This document shows positions 27,212-36,772 of a DNA stretch of 64,000 nt, piece by piece. Source of the DNA: a virus; the IMG/VR virus record IMGVR_UViG_3300017963_000201, positions 64,001 through 128,000 of that record; one strand, written 5' to 3'. A program made the position numbers and the translations under genes. Under the pieces are notes generated by a model. The model made no database searches. It saw only the letters and a program-made list of their open reading frames with translations, and was not told the DNA's origin. Within the stretch, counting starts at the first letter, position 1. Each line of letters begins with the position of its first letter.

Positions 27212-27272
27212 CAAGGAAGGGGGATAATGCCGAGGTGGGGGGATTGTCCTAACATTATCCCCTTTCCTTTGC
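27212..27272. terminator. Long intergenic hairpin
   Basis: AAGGAAGGGGGATAATG ... CATTATCCCCTTTCCTT. Confidence 0.5.
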
Positions 27273-27275
27273 TAA

Positions 27276-27905
27276 CTATTTAATCGCTTTTTCAATAGGA
27301 TCGTTTAATTTATTCAATCGATCCTGTGCCCACTTCTTTACTTTATCGTATACACCATGCTTCTCAATATAAGCATAGTCAGCTTCTTTCAAAATCTTTT
27401 GAATCTCTCTAAAACTTTCCATGACATTCAGCTCTGGGACTTTACGGCTTGCTATCTGCGAACAGATATTTTCAACCTTCGGATGAATCAAACTCTCAGG
27501 CTGCTCTACCGCAGGGGGGATAAGAACGTCAGGAAGATTACGACGTACTCTATTAATCTTGTCTTTAGAAATTGCCCTACGTTCACGGTTGATCCGATAA
27601 TACTCTTCAGCTTTATCCGGATCTAATAATTCTAAAGCACCCGCATTCACTGCAGCATATAGGTCACGGCACGTTCTCAAAGATTCAGGATCCATCTGAT
27701 CCGTAATACACACAGGATCATCTCCCGGTGGAATAATAACCCTACCACGAGTTTCACCCGCACCGACCTGTAACGGGATGAAACCGGGTTCTTTAGTAAT
27801 CCCAGGATCTCCGGTAGCATTTCTTACCCAAATGGGTAATCGCTTATTAATAAGGTATTGCAAAGTTAATTTCACAGGTTTTTCACTTCTCTTCTTGGCT
27901 TGCAT
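27276..27905 (-). CDS. Conserved hypothetical protein in head module
   Basis: Start MQAKKR after AAGGAG; candidate late promoter at 27947-27978. Confidence 0.6.
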   Translation of the reverse strand: MQAKKRSEKPVKLTLQYLINKRLPIWVRNATGDPGITKEPGFIPLQVGAGETRGRVIIPPGDDPVCITDQMDPESLRTCRDLYAAVNAGALELLDPDKAEEYYRINRERRAISKDKINRVRRNLPDVLIPPAVEQPESLIHPKVENICSQIASRKVPELNVMESFREIQKILKEADYAYIEKHGVYDKVKKWAQDRLNKLNDPIEKAIK

Positions 27906-28377
27906 TTTTTTCTCCTTTTCGTTGGCAAAGCAAAAATAATAATACAATACTAACAAGTATACATAGTATAAAGTTAACTATTGTATGCTATCTTTGATAA
28001 AGTTAATAAGATGATCAATAGTAACTAAAGATTTTTGTACCTTAACTTTTTTCCCATCTAACAACACAGATCCAAGACTAAGATCTTCCCCATTGGGTGC
28101 TTCTATCTGACCACCAATTATAGATCCTCTTTCTGTCTCAGTCTCAGTCTTGTTTAATATAAAGCCCATCTCTTTTAGTTCAGGTACTCTGTCACTTAGT
28201 CTATCTATAGCTATGGGGTTAAAGTATACATCCTCTACCTTGAATTGATCCGATAATATATTAATTATCTTTTCTATCTTTAGTCCTAGTTCGTGAGGAA
28301 CCATAAAACCCTCCAATAAAAAGGGCGCAATCAAGGATCCCTCGAATGCGCCCTAATGCATACATATCTAAATTTGG

Positions 28378-28860
28378 TTACCGAAATCGCCTACGAGGAA
28401 GCGGACGCCTAGAGATACTGGCCCTTCTTCGTGCCCTACGCAAAGAAGCTAATCGGGGGCTTACTCTTCGAGCTTGCCTCATGCGACGTTGTGCTGCTCT
28501 ACGCGCCAAAGCTCGAAGCCTTGCTCTACGTACTGCTTCTGCGGCACGAAGGGGTCTACGTCGAGCTACGGGCCTTCTGCTAATAGGTCTCCGAGCAACA
28601 GCCCGCCTACGTGCCACCGGGCGTCTACGTGCTAACGGTCGCCGCCTAGCTACCGGGCGACGTGATCTACGATCTTCGAGTTGATTATAAATGCGCTCTA
28701 GGCCACGCTCAACCATAGCTACTGTGCGCAAGTCCCTAGCACGCATAAGCATATCGTTATATCTATCCACTTTAGCCGCCAAGTCATTTCGACCTTCACG
28801 CTCAAGATACTCAGCCGCTTTGTCCAATTCGTTTCTAAGTGCGATTTTATTGATCCGCAT
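28378..28860 (-). CDS. Arginine-rich protamine-like protein
   Basis: AAGGAG RBS before MRINKIALRN; C-terminal half is (RRPVARR)-type repeats; directly after the capsid gene. Confidence 0.75.
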   Translation of the reverse strand: MRINKIALRNELDKAAEYLEREGRNDLAAKVDRYNDMLMRARDLRTVAMVERGLERIYNQLEDRRSRRPVARRRPLARRRPVARRRAVARRPISRRPVARRRPLRAAEAVRRARLRALARRAAQRRMRQARRVSPRLASLRRARRRASISRRPLPRRRFR

Positions 28861-28955
28861 AGCCCTACTCTCCTTAGTATAGATTAGAAAAGTGGTTACC
28901 CTGACCAAGGGCTAGTTGATCAAGGTAACCGATACGAAGCACTCGCCACAAGTAA

Positions 28956-30092
28956 CTACAGCCGCGAACCGTAGGCAACACCAGCAGCATTGCCAAGGTA
29001 CATAGAGATCAGCTCATAGAAGAACCAACCCTCGCGGGGTCTACCTTCCATGAATTCATCCGTGGGTTTCGAGAACAGCTCAACCCGGATAGGCATGCCA
29101 CCCAGGTACTCAGGAGCCGCAACACCGTAAACCTCTCCCGGACTCAAGATCTCATAGGTGTTTGTGCCAGCGGTCGTAATAACCATAGCATTGAGAATCA
29201 CACCGATATAACCAGCAAGAATTAATTCACGTTGCGCAATCGGGTCTACCTGCTGGCTTACGGTGGTTACGAGATCAGAGATCTCTTGACGATGGACGAT
29301 GAATTTGTCCAAGACAAGGCGATGCCGTTCAACCTGATATCGAATACTCTCTAAGGCAGCCAGGTTCAGAGCCGCAAAGAAAGTAGTCGTATTAGCCGCA
29401 TTCGCGCCAGCGGCAAACAGGTTAATCATAGCCAGGTCTTCTTGGTATTCGATGGCTTGACGTGCCTTATCTTGCGCTCGTTGCACGATATCAAACTGTG
29501 CGCGGAACTTATCCTTGATCTCAATCGAAGGATAGGCGGTAACTTCAAACTCCGGTGGGTAGTAGTAGCGACCCTCAACTACGCTCTGTGGAGTCTGACC
29601 ATCCTCGGCAATCTGAAAGCCAAGGACATACGGATCTTTATCATAACGAATAACATCGCCTGATCCTACGGTACGGGGCATCCAAACTTTTCGAGCAAGA
29701 CCCTCGTAGTCAATCACTTCTTTGATCACGTTGATTATGCCCTGGCCAACCATCCTAAATCCCTGAGACGTGGGATCCGAGAAAGCCTCTTTCAAGATAG
29801 CTTCAGCTTCGGCATCCTCCATACCATCTGAAAAAGAAGCTTCACGAGCAATCTGATACTTACCACTCGCAACACCGTCCAATACGCCTTGGATCTTATC
29901 CAGAGCTTCTGGGTTATTGGATGCATTCAGCTCGCCATGCTGACTAAATAAACGTTCGGAAGAAGACTCAGGACGCTTACCGTTCCGAGCCACCCTACCG
30001 AAACTAGGCGGATTGAATTCGTCTCCCGTCCGCTTGTCAATAGAGACCGTGGCAGCGGCGGCTTTTTTAAGATACGGATTATTGAAGCGCAT
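28956..30092 (-). CDS. Major capsid protein (HK97-like)
   Basis: 378 aa after protease, scaffold and decoration genes; AAGGAGGAG RBS; biased codon usage; YEGLARKVW, PEFEVTAYPSI, GWFFYELI. Confidence 0.85.
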   Translation of the reverse strand: MRFNNPYLKKAAAATVSIDKRTGDEFNPPSFGRVARNGKRPESSSERLFSQHGELNASNNPEALDKIQGVLDGVASGKYQIAREASFSDGMEDAEAEAILKEAFSDPTSQGFRMVGQGIINVIKEVIDYEGLARKVWMPRTVGSGDVIRYDKDPYVLGFQIAEDGQTPQSVVEGRYYYPPEFEVTAYPSIEIKDKFRAQFDIVQRAQDKARQAIEYQEDLAMINLFAAGANAANTTTFFAALNLAALESIRYQVERHRLVLDKFIVHRQEISDLVTTVSQQVDPIAQRELILAGYIGVILNAMVITTAGTNTYEILSPGEVYGVAAPEYLGGMPIRVELFSKPTDEFMEGRPREGWFFYELISMYLGNAAGVAYGSRL

Positions 30093-30130
30093 TCTTAGTC
30101 CTCCTCCTTACGATTTATTTTTATTATTGT

Positions 30131-30865
30131 TTACGCAGTCACACGAACTTGGGCAACCCCAAGGAACGGGTTAGCAGCAGTAGGAACGTTAATACAGCGA
30201 CCACAAACAGAACTGATAGCACCACCGGCAATCCCAGCACTTGTCCACAGGCTGTTAGCATCGGAGCGCAGCGCACAATTCAAAGTGTAGGTTTGCGCTA
30301 CATCGTATTGATCGGTGTAGAGAATTGCATCGCCTTCGGCAATCGCAATCCGATCACTCCCTAAAGTGTCGTTACGGCACCGATCATAATTCTGACTCGT
30401 ACTCCACCTAGTCGAAGACATCTCGTACTGAAGCTGAGAGCTACTTACCGAATACTCATACCAAATAACCACAGTCTGGCCTGCCGTGATTGCACCTGCA
30501 GCAATTCGAGTCACAACACCATTAGCCGTCGAGATAGAGTAATCGGTACCCTGCGTATAGGTGGTCGTGCCCGCAGAGTTAGTAACCTTAATCTTCGTGG
30601 TACCAGTGATATTGCCACCGCGAAGATTAATAGTTCCGGTCGTAGTTGAGAAGCTCTGAGATTCTACCGTTGTTCTAATATAAGTAGAAGCAGCATCCTT
30701 CCAAAAGGTCCCAATAGGAACCGTACCCGAAGCTGCGGTTGTAGCAACGGTAACACCGCTGGCATCAGTAGCCAAAAAGGCAATCATACCAGCAACGATA
30801 CTAACATTGCTATCCACATGGTAAAATGGACGATAGTAAGCATAGGATACTTGTTTGTCGATCAT
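30131..30865 (-). CDS. Capsid decoration / cement protein
   Basis: Thr/Ala/Gly-rich, between scaffold and capsid genes; YTDQYD...VCGRC...PTAANPFLGV. Confidence 0.65.
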   Translation of the reverse strand: MIDKQVSYAYYRPFYHVDSNVSIVAGMIAFLATDASGVTVATTAASGTVPIGTFWKDAASTYIRTTVESQSFSTTTGTINLRGGNITGTTKIKVTNSAGTTTYTQGTDYSISTANGVVTRIAAGAITAGQTVVIWYEYSVSSSQLQYEMSSTRWSTSQNYDRCRNDTLGSDRIAIAEGDAILYTDQYDVAQTYTLNCALRSDANSLWTSAGIAGGAISSVCGRCINVPTAANPFLGVAQVRVTA

Positions 30866-30918
30866 AGTTTATCTCCTTTGTAGAAAAACAAAAATATAGG
30901 TTTACTCAGAACAATGGC

Positions 30919-32241
30919 TTACATCTTTTTTACATACTGCCCGACATGGGACAGTCTTGGTTTAGGTAATGCACGTTGAATTCTCTGTGCTAACGATTCA
31001 GCTTCATTAGGGGTATAATCACTTGCTGTCGAAATATTTAAAGAGTTGTGAGACGCCTGCCTTCGAAGATCTTGCGCCTTTTGTGACAATTTAGATCCAG
31101 AAGAAGCAACCTTGGGAACATCAGTGTTCATCTCACCAATGGCAGCTTCAATCTCAACAAAAGCTTCATCGCTCTTAGCTAAGTATTTTGCGGTCTCATT
31201 AAGCGCTACATCGAAATGATCCATAGACGCCTTATGGAAAGTGCCTTCTATAGCCGTAATGGCATCCGAAGCTTCAATGCCAAAGTTGTCTAAAACCTCA
31301 AGCATGGAAGCCTTGAGCGGATTCGAAACTAGATTTTTATTCATAGCGGTCAAAGCCAATTTGAAAGCACGGACAAACCGTCTGTGGTGATCTTTACCGC
31401 TTGCGGTCTTGTGTGCCTTTTTCTTAACCACGATGCGTTTGGCATTGTACTTTTTGAGTGTATTTACAACACCTCTAGCCTTCATTTGCCGCAAAAGATT
31501 AATCCCGAAAGATCTGGTAGCCTGAATAGGATTTTTAACCGGGACGATACAAAATGGGATTTCTTTTCCCGCTTTCTTCTGTAAGACGATCCAATTCCTT
31601 TTGTCTCTACCAAGCTCCAACTCGATATTAGCAATCTTGAACATATCGGGGGCCGGATCTGCCTTAACCTTAGTATTAGGGGCAGAGGGAATCGTGCTTT
31701 TGTACTTCTTACTCTTTGCCTTATCGTAACTAAAAGAATCACCAAGATCCTTAAACGGAGTCATGCTCTCGGACTTCTTGTATAGACGGGCCTTTCTCGC
31801 AGCTCTTAATTTTGATTTAACGCTCATTGGATCCTCTTTGCTCACGACCAGATTATCGGGATTGATACCGAATTCCTCCGCAGTGAAATCTTCGCTTTCT
31901 TCCTCTTGGGCTTCATCCAGCTCTTCTTCCATCCCAGAATCATCAACACCTTTTTCAATAACCTTTTTAATATCTTCTAAGGAATCCACGATGACTTCGT
32001 TAGTATCGGCCAACTCATCAAGTTTATCGCCTAACTCTTCGAGCTGTACCTCTTCCTCTTTTTCTTCCCGAACCTCTTCTTCTACCTCTTCCTCAATTTC
32101 AGCCTTGTCCGGACCTTCATTTCCACCGCTCGGTCCTTCATCCCCAATCTCAGGAACGGGAGCTTTGGCTTCTTCCTCTTGCGCTCGAATTAGATGCCTA
32201 CGCGCTTTGTTGGCTATTTTAGCTCTAAGCCCTGGTTTCAT
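30919..32241 (-). CDS. Capsid scaffolding protein
   Basis: Highly acidic low-complexity N-terminal region and basic middle; between protease and capsid genes. Confidence 0.65.
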   Translation of the reverse strand: MKPGLRAKIANKARRHLIRAQEEEAKAPVPEIGDEGPSGGNEGPDKAEIEEEVEEEVREEKEEEVQLEELGDKLDELADTNEVIVDSLEDIKKVIEKGVDDSGMEEELDEAQEEESEDFTAEEFGINPDNLVVSKEDPMSVKSKLRAARKARLYKKSESMTPFKDLGDSFSYDKAKSKKYKSTIPSAPNTKVKADPAPDMFKIANIELELGRDKRNWIVLQKKAGKEIPFCIVPVKNPIQATRSFGINLLRQMKARGVVNTLKKYNAKRIVVKKKAHKTASGKDHHRRFVRAFKLALTAMNKNLVSNPLKASMLEVLDNFGIEASDAITAIEGTFHKASMDHFDVALNETAKYLAKSDEAFVEIEAAIGEMNTDVPKVASSGSKLSQKAQDLRRQASHNSLNISTASDYTPNEAESLAQRIQRALPKPRLSHVGQYVKKM

Positions 32242-32259
32242 GTGTTACTCCTTTGTACA

Positions 32260-32290
32260 ATTTTAGGATTGATTAAATAAATTGTTTAAC
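32260..32290 (-). promoter_or_regulatory. Candidate late promoter GTTAAAC-N18-TAAAAT
   Basis: Recurrent motif. Confidence 0.5.
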
Positions 32291-32309
32291 TAGTGTTTTC
32301 TAACCTTAG

Positions 32310-33188
32310 TTAAATCAACCTATCAACTACCCGTAAAACGGATTCGGGTAATCTAGATAGGTTGCCCTGAACATAACGAACAAACTCTCCAGCGTCCTCC
32401 GTTGAAACCAGATTATAGAGTAAAGGATGGGTAGCTACACTTGCTGCTTTTTGTCGTTTACGTGCTGCAGCTTTTAGCAAGTACTGTGTTGTCGCTCCAG
32501 CATATGCGGGATCACCCACAGAGGACAGCTCTCGATACTCAACGTCACCACACTTTTCGTATACTAATTTACCGTTGATATAGCTCATCTTGTGCCAACG
32601 GATATGATCACAAAGATCGTTATCTGTATAAGCACGCTTATTACAGTAGCTACAGTCAACATGCCCACAGGCACAGCCCATGGAGAATTTATCAATATCC
32701 CCGCTCAACAAACCTTCCGCTAGTGGGGGATCCTTTGTCGTATCCATAGCAACAACAGTAAGTACATGCCTATCTTTAGGATCACTCTGCATATAGTAGG
32801 CATCAGGGATAAAACCACGAGCCGCTTTCGGGTTAGCTGAAGCATGCTCAATATGAAGAGGCACGTTACGAAAAGTCTGAAACACAAGACACTTGTGCGC
32901 TGAAGAAAACCTAACTAGCTCTTCATGCGGAAACATATCACCATTACTGTTTGGGATATCTGCAGCAACCGCTCTGGGAACAGGGAAAATGTAATCGTCA
33001 ATGCTTGGAGAAAGATCGTATACCTTAGCAACCCCAGCCAGAACACTAGGCGATATTAAGTTTAGTGCTCTTTGTACCGTATCGTGCTCTATATTGCTGA
33101 TGTCAGCGTTTTTCTGAGCGCATTTACTAAATTTCCCTGAGGATTGATATACACCTACGACGGGTACTGAGGCAATCTTATAAAACAT
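32310..33188 (-). CDS. Prohead maturation protease
   Basis: PNSNGDMF..EEL, LHIEH, ARGFIPDA, FSMGC, CSYC, C-H, ELSSVGDPAY. Confidence 0.82.
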   Translation of the reverse strand: MFYKIASVPVVGVYQSSGKFSKCAQKNADISNIEHDTVQRALNLISPSVLAGVAKVYDLSPSIDDYIFPVPRAVAADIPNSNGDMFPHEELVRFSSAHKCLVFQTFRNVPLHIEHASANPKAARGFIPDAYYMQSDPKDRHVLTVVAMDTTKDPPLAEGLLSGDIDKFSMGCACGHVDCSYCNKRAYTDNDLCDHIRWHKMSYINGKLVYEKCGDVEYRELSSVGDPAYAGATTQYLLKAAARKRQKAASVATHPLLYNLVSTEDAGEFVRYVQGNLSRLPESVLRVVDRLI

Positions 33189-33226
33189 TAATCTACTCCT
33201 ATAGGATGTGAACTACCTATAGAAGT

Positions 33227-33257
33227 AGACTAACTTTTTTTTGAAATAATGTTTAAC
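33227..33257 (-). promoter_or_regulatory. Candidate late promoter GTTAAAC-N18-TAGTCT
   Basis: Recurrent motif. Confidence 0.45.
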
Positions 33258-33406
33258 TAATGTAGTTTTTTAATCTTTTGGTGGGGTGTATTCTTTACCG
33301 CACTTCTCACATTTCTTAGTTTCCTTATTAATCTTACCTCCACACGAACAATAGATTTCTTGGATTGGTGCCTGACCACTTTTCTTAAATGCCATTTCAA
33401 ACCTCA

Positions 33407-34414
33407 CTAGGTATCGATTACAGGAGCTAAAACACCCTTGCAAGCCTGATAAAATACATACAAAGGTTGCTTTTCTTCACCAAAAGCTATCTTTACCTCA
33501 TCCTCATGATCATAGAGTAAATCTTTTAGCAACTTCGAATTAAACTGAGCCCTAGCCTTTGTCTTCATGTCGATCCGGTTATCTGAAGAGAGTTTTACAC
33601 TATCCATATCGGATTCTAAAGTCAACTCCTTATCTAGATCAAGGTAGACATGCTGACTCGTGTTACTAAGGGCGTTTATAACAGCGTTATTCTGAAATAC
33701 CCCAGTAGCCGACCACGATTTTTTATCAACCACAGATTTACATTCTTTTACCTCATCTGTTTTTACTAATCGGGAAACAATGTGCCATCTATCCGTAGAA
33801 AACCTAATATAGTTTTTGTAAGCTGATACCTCAATATTACTCATCTTCCTCAACAGTACAGAAAGAACCTTAATCACCCCAGAACTTGTGACACCGCTTT
33901 CTATATCAGCCCAATTAAAATTTGCCCCATGTATCCTATGAGGATCAGCTACAAATATGCCATCATTACAAATGTAAGCGGGCATCGAACTTTGCGCTCT
34001 TAGGGTATACAGTAGTTTGGGTAGATCTTCGGCTGTTAAGGTATCTTGAACCCCCCAAGTACAAGAACTCAATAGGTCATCTTCTTTTCGTATTTTAATA
34101 TCAAACTTTTCGTGCTTAGTAGAGTTTCCGATCACCACACTTTTATTTTTAATCTTGAGCGCAATCCTACCATTATTGGGGATACTTAATCGAGGACACC
34201 CAAAACTGTATACCGTTCTTGGTTCCAATTTATCCCCGGAGTGTTCCTTAGCAGGTATGTCTGTAAATATATAAAACTCCCCATTAGTAATAAATAACCG
34301 TAAAGTGTTAATCCGCTTAGTAAAAGACAAGCCATAAAATCCGAATAAATACTTGTCTGATAACTTTCGAAGCGTAGCTATAGACTTATTAAAAATCTCA
34401 GCATCAATAATCAT
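33407..34414 (-). CDS. Divergent DNA sliding clamp (DnaN-like)
   Basis: 335 aa; VADPHRIH (cf. ATDGHRL), SRLV, FNSKLLKDLL, QPL, GVLAPV. Confidence 0.65.
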   Translation of the reverse strand: MIIDAEIFNKSIATLRKLSDKYLFGFYGLSFTKRINTLRLFITNGEFYIFTDIPAKEHSGDKLEPRTVYSFGCPRLSIPNNGRIALKIKNKSVVIGNSTKHEKFDIKIRKEDDLLSSCTWGVQDTLTAEDLPKLLYTLRAQSSMPAYICNDGIFVADPHRIHGANFNWADIESGVTSSGVIKVLSVLLRKMSNIEVSAYKNYIRFSTDRWHIVSRLVKTDEVKECKSVVDKKSWSATGVFQNNAVINALSNTSQHVYLDLDKELTLESDMDSVKLSSDNRIDMKTKARAQFNSKLLKDLLYDHEDEVKIAFGEEKQPLYVFYQACKGVLAPVIDT

Positions 34415-35202
34415 AATCCATCCTCCCCATCACGGTTACAATACAATTTGTAGTCACAGTTAAAGCAATATTGATACTTAGTGTTTCTAGGAAATTTTGC
34501 CCCATTTTTTAGCTCAAAAACTACTCGGCTGTATTTTTCAATGGCATCAGCAATAAGTGCATCTGTGATCTCATAGGTCTTTGCTTCCCGCTTCGTGCCC
34601 ATATGCTTTAGGTATATGTATTCACCGTAGATAGGAAAATCTTCTGGTATCTTACCCATCCTCCGTAACCAAATACCATAAGTAGGAAGCTGAACTGACT
34701 CTTTGATTTGATTCTTCGTAAACGGCTTAGAGTTGGTTTTATAGTCTACAATTTTTACACAGTCATCGAGCTTATCCACTCTATCGGCTTTCCCCCAAAC
34801 CTGAACATCAGAGATAGATACATTAAACAACCGCTCAATAAATACCGTCTTTGGAAAAGAAGCAAAACCAGAGTAATACTCTAAGTAGCCTTTGAGCATA
34901 GTATGGATACTTTGTACATCGTTTTTTACAAACAAACCACTCTTTATTTTATCCGGGACTTTATATTCTTGGTAAGCCTGCCTAAAACTATCACTCATTA
35001 ATTTTCGTATATCTGTCGATCCTGAATTAGGTAATCCCTTGTGGAAATTTTCCAAAGCCTTGTGGGCAATACTCCCAATCAGAAAATACTTATTCTCAGG
35101 TACCTCAAAAGGTGCCTTTATATAGCGATACTTGAAAAGACGCTTACAGCCAAAGTAACAATCAACCTTGGTCGGCGATAAAGACTTAACTGGCAATCCC
35201 AC
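34411..35202 (-). CDS. PD-(D/E)XK nuclease (RecB/Cas4-like)
   Basis: LSPTKVDCYFGC, GSIAHKALE, GKADRVD, IVDYKT, QLPTYG, CFNCDYKLYC. Confidence 0.88.
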   Translation of the reverse strand: MGLPVKSLSPTKVDCYFGCKRLFKYRYIKAPFEVPENKYFLIGSIAHKALENFHKGLPNSGSTDIRKLMSDSFRQAYQEYKVPDKIKSGLFVKNDVQSIHTMLKGYLEYYSGFASFPKTVFIERLFNVSISDVQVWGKADRVDKLDDCVKIVDYKTNSKPFTKNQIKESVQLPTYGIWLRRMGKIPEDFPIYGEYIYLKHMGTKREAKTYEITDALIADAIEKYSRVVFELKNGAKFPRNTKYQYCFNCDYKLYCNRDGEDGL

Positions 35203-35818
35203 TTTCGTACCTCACTAGTCTTAGGTTTTTATCAGCTATGGCCCAACCCAAAGATATTCTTTCTCGAAGAACTGACTTTACAATACTTTCCAAATTTTCA
35301 TAACCCCACTGGATCTTACCATCATACCAATTACTGACATAGGCCCATCGGATAAAATCGTTGAGTCTATAATTAAAAACGCAAACATTATGACCGCCAA
35401 CATTATGACCGTAAAATGGAACGGACAATAAAAAAAGATCTCGAACCTTAATCTTAATTCCAGTTGTCCCGGTCAAAACACCACGCTCACTCATGCTCCT
35501 AATCATATGCATGGCAAAGTAAGAATGATCATCGCAATCTCCTTGGGGTGCGCCCTTCTCTAACCATCTACCGTAAATTGCCTTTGGGCTTGAGATAACG
35601 TCACCTAACATGTACCATGTATCTTCACGCCAACCAAATGAACCTATTAGGTTTTCAAACTCGGTTGTAGAAAGTGGTTGGGGTAGAACAACTGAATCCC
35701 ATTTGGATTCAAAAGCACATTGATAAAAGCGACTCCAAAGGTAGTAAAGCCTACAGCGAAGAGCAAACCAAACTAGCACCTTAAGTATTTTTATCTTCAA
35801 TCCCAATTTCTTTTGCAT
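35186..35818 (-). CDS. Transglutaminase-like cysteine protease fold protein
   Basis: GDCDDHS and GHNVCVF motifs. Confidence 0.6.
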   Translation of the reverse strand: MQKKLGLKIKILKVLVWFALRCRLYYLWSRFYQCAFESKWDSVVLPQPLSTTEFENLIGSFGWREDTWYMLGDVISSPKAIYGRWLEKGAPQGDCDDHSYFAMHMIRSMSERGVLTGTTGIKIKVRDLFLLSVPFYGHNVGGHNVCVFNYRLNDFIRWAYVSNWYDGKIQWGYENLESIVKSVLRERISLGWAIADKNLRLVRYESGIAS

Positions 35819-36214
35819 GGATCTGCTTTCCTAATTTTCTTTGAATAGCTTCTGGTAATTTAGAACCCGCGTAGTAAGAAAGATACCCATCTTGTTGGAT
35901 AGCCCAAACACGCCACTTTTGTTCTTTAGCTTTAGCAATGGCATCCTTCTTAATCTTTTCTTCGAAAAAACCTTCGAACCAACGACCCATTACTTCCCTT
36001 TCCTTCTACGTCTTTGTGCTTTTCTAGTTTGTTTTGCAACTTTAGCTCTTGCCCTTCGTCTAGCCAATTCCTTTTCATAGGTTATTTTCTTTTGTAGAGC
36101 AGCTACCCTACTCAGCGGGGCATCACGACCGATAGCTCTAATAATTTCTTCTTTTGCTTGCCCCGGTAATTCCTTAGTCCTATCTTCTTTAAAATCAGTA
36201 TCCATATTTTCCTC

Positions 36215-36769
36215 CTACTCAACATAATACTGGAAATGCATTGGATCTTTGGGTCTTCGCCAAAAACCACCCCACTGCCACCCATACTGTTTAAACAGCG
36301 TCACAACCTCAACAGGCATATTTCCCCGGGTGTTTAGTTTATTCTCCTTCCAATTAATATCGATTGCCATACCATAAGCATGTAACGACAATGACTTTGT
36401 TGGATTAGACAGCTTATGCCTTGGAACAAAACCACCTAGTTGGTAGATCGGATATAGATTGTCGTATTTATTAATTATGTAGTCGTAGAACAAATTTCTA
36501 ACGTTCAAAGCTAATTTTTTGTGAACTTGTATTGTCCAGAACTTATCCATTAAAGGGATTGGGACAGGCAAATTTAGTATGACCAAATTTTCTTTGATCC
36601 ATGCAGGATTAATCTTTACAAAACCCTTTCTTTTAGGGTCCTCAACATAGCCCATCTTTCCTACAAAATTTTTGAGTTCTTTAGGATTACTAGGCGGTGT
36701 ATATGTTTTTGATCTGTATTCGCCCTTGATTACTTTGTATAAAAAATTAACGTACCAACGTATTAGCAT
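36215..36769 (-). CDS. M15-family peptidoglycan peptidase (endolysin-like)
   Basis: R...SLHAYGMAIDIN, WGGFW, DPMHFQ. Confidence 0.9.
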   Translation of the reverse strand: MLIRWYVNFLYKVIKGEYRSKTYTPPSNPKELKNFVGKMGYVEDPKRKGFVKINPAWIKENLVILNLPVPIPLMDKFWTIQVHKKLALNVRNLFYDYIINKYDNLYPIYQLGGFVPRHKLSNPTKSLSLHAYGMAIDINWKENKLNTRGNMPVEVVTLFKQYGWQWGGFWRRPKDPMHFQYYVE

Positions 36770-36772
36770 TTC

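Noticed and set aside
28346-32266. Plus-strand ORFs 28346-28684 and 31763-32266 (also minus-strand 20529-21104)
   Set aside because: Antisense shadows of low-complexity or GC-rich genuine genes; no RBS
34411-35202. Cas4 as evidence of a CRISPR-Cas system
   Set aside because: Solo PD-(D/E)XK nucleases are common in phages; no other cas genes or array are present
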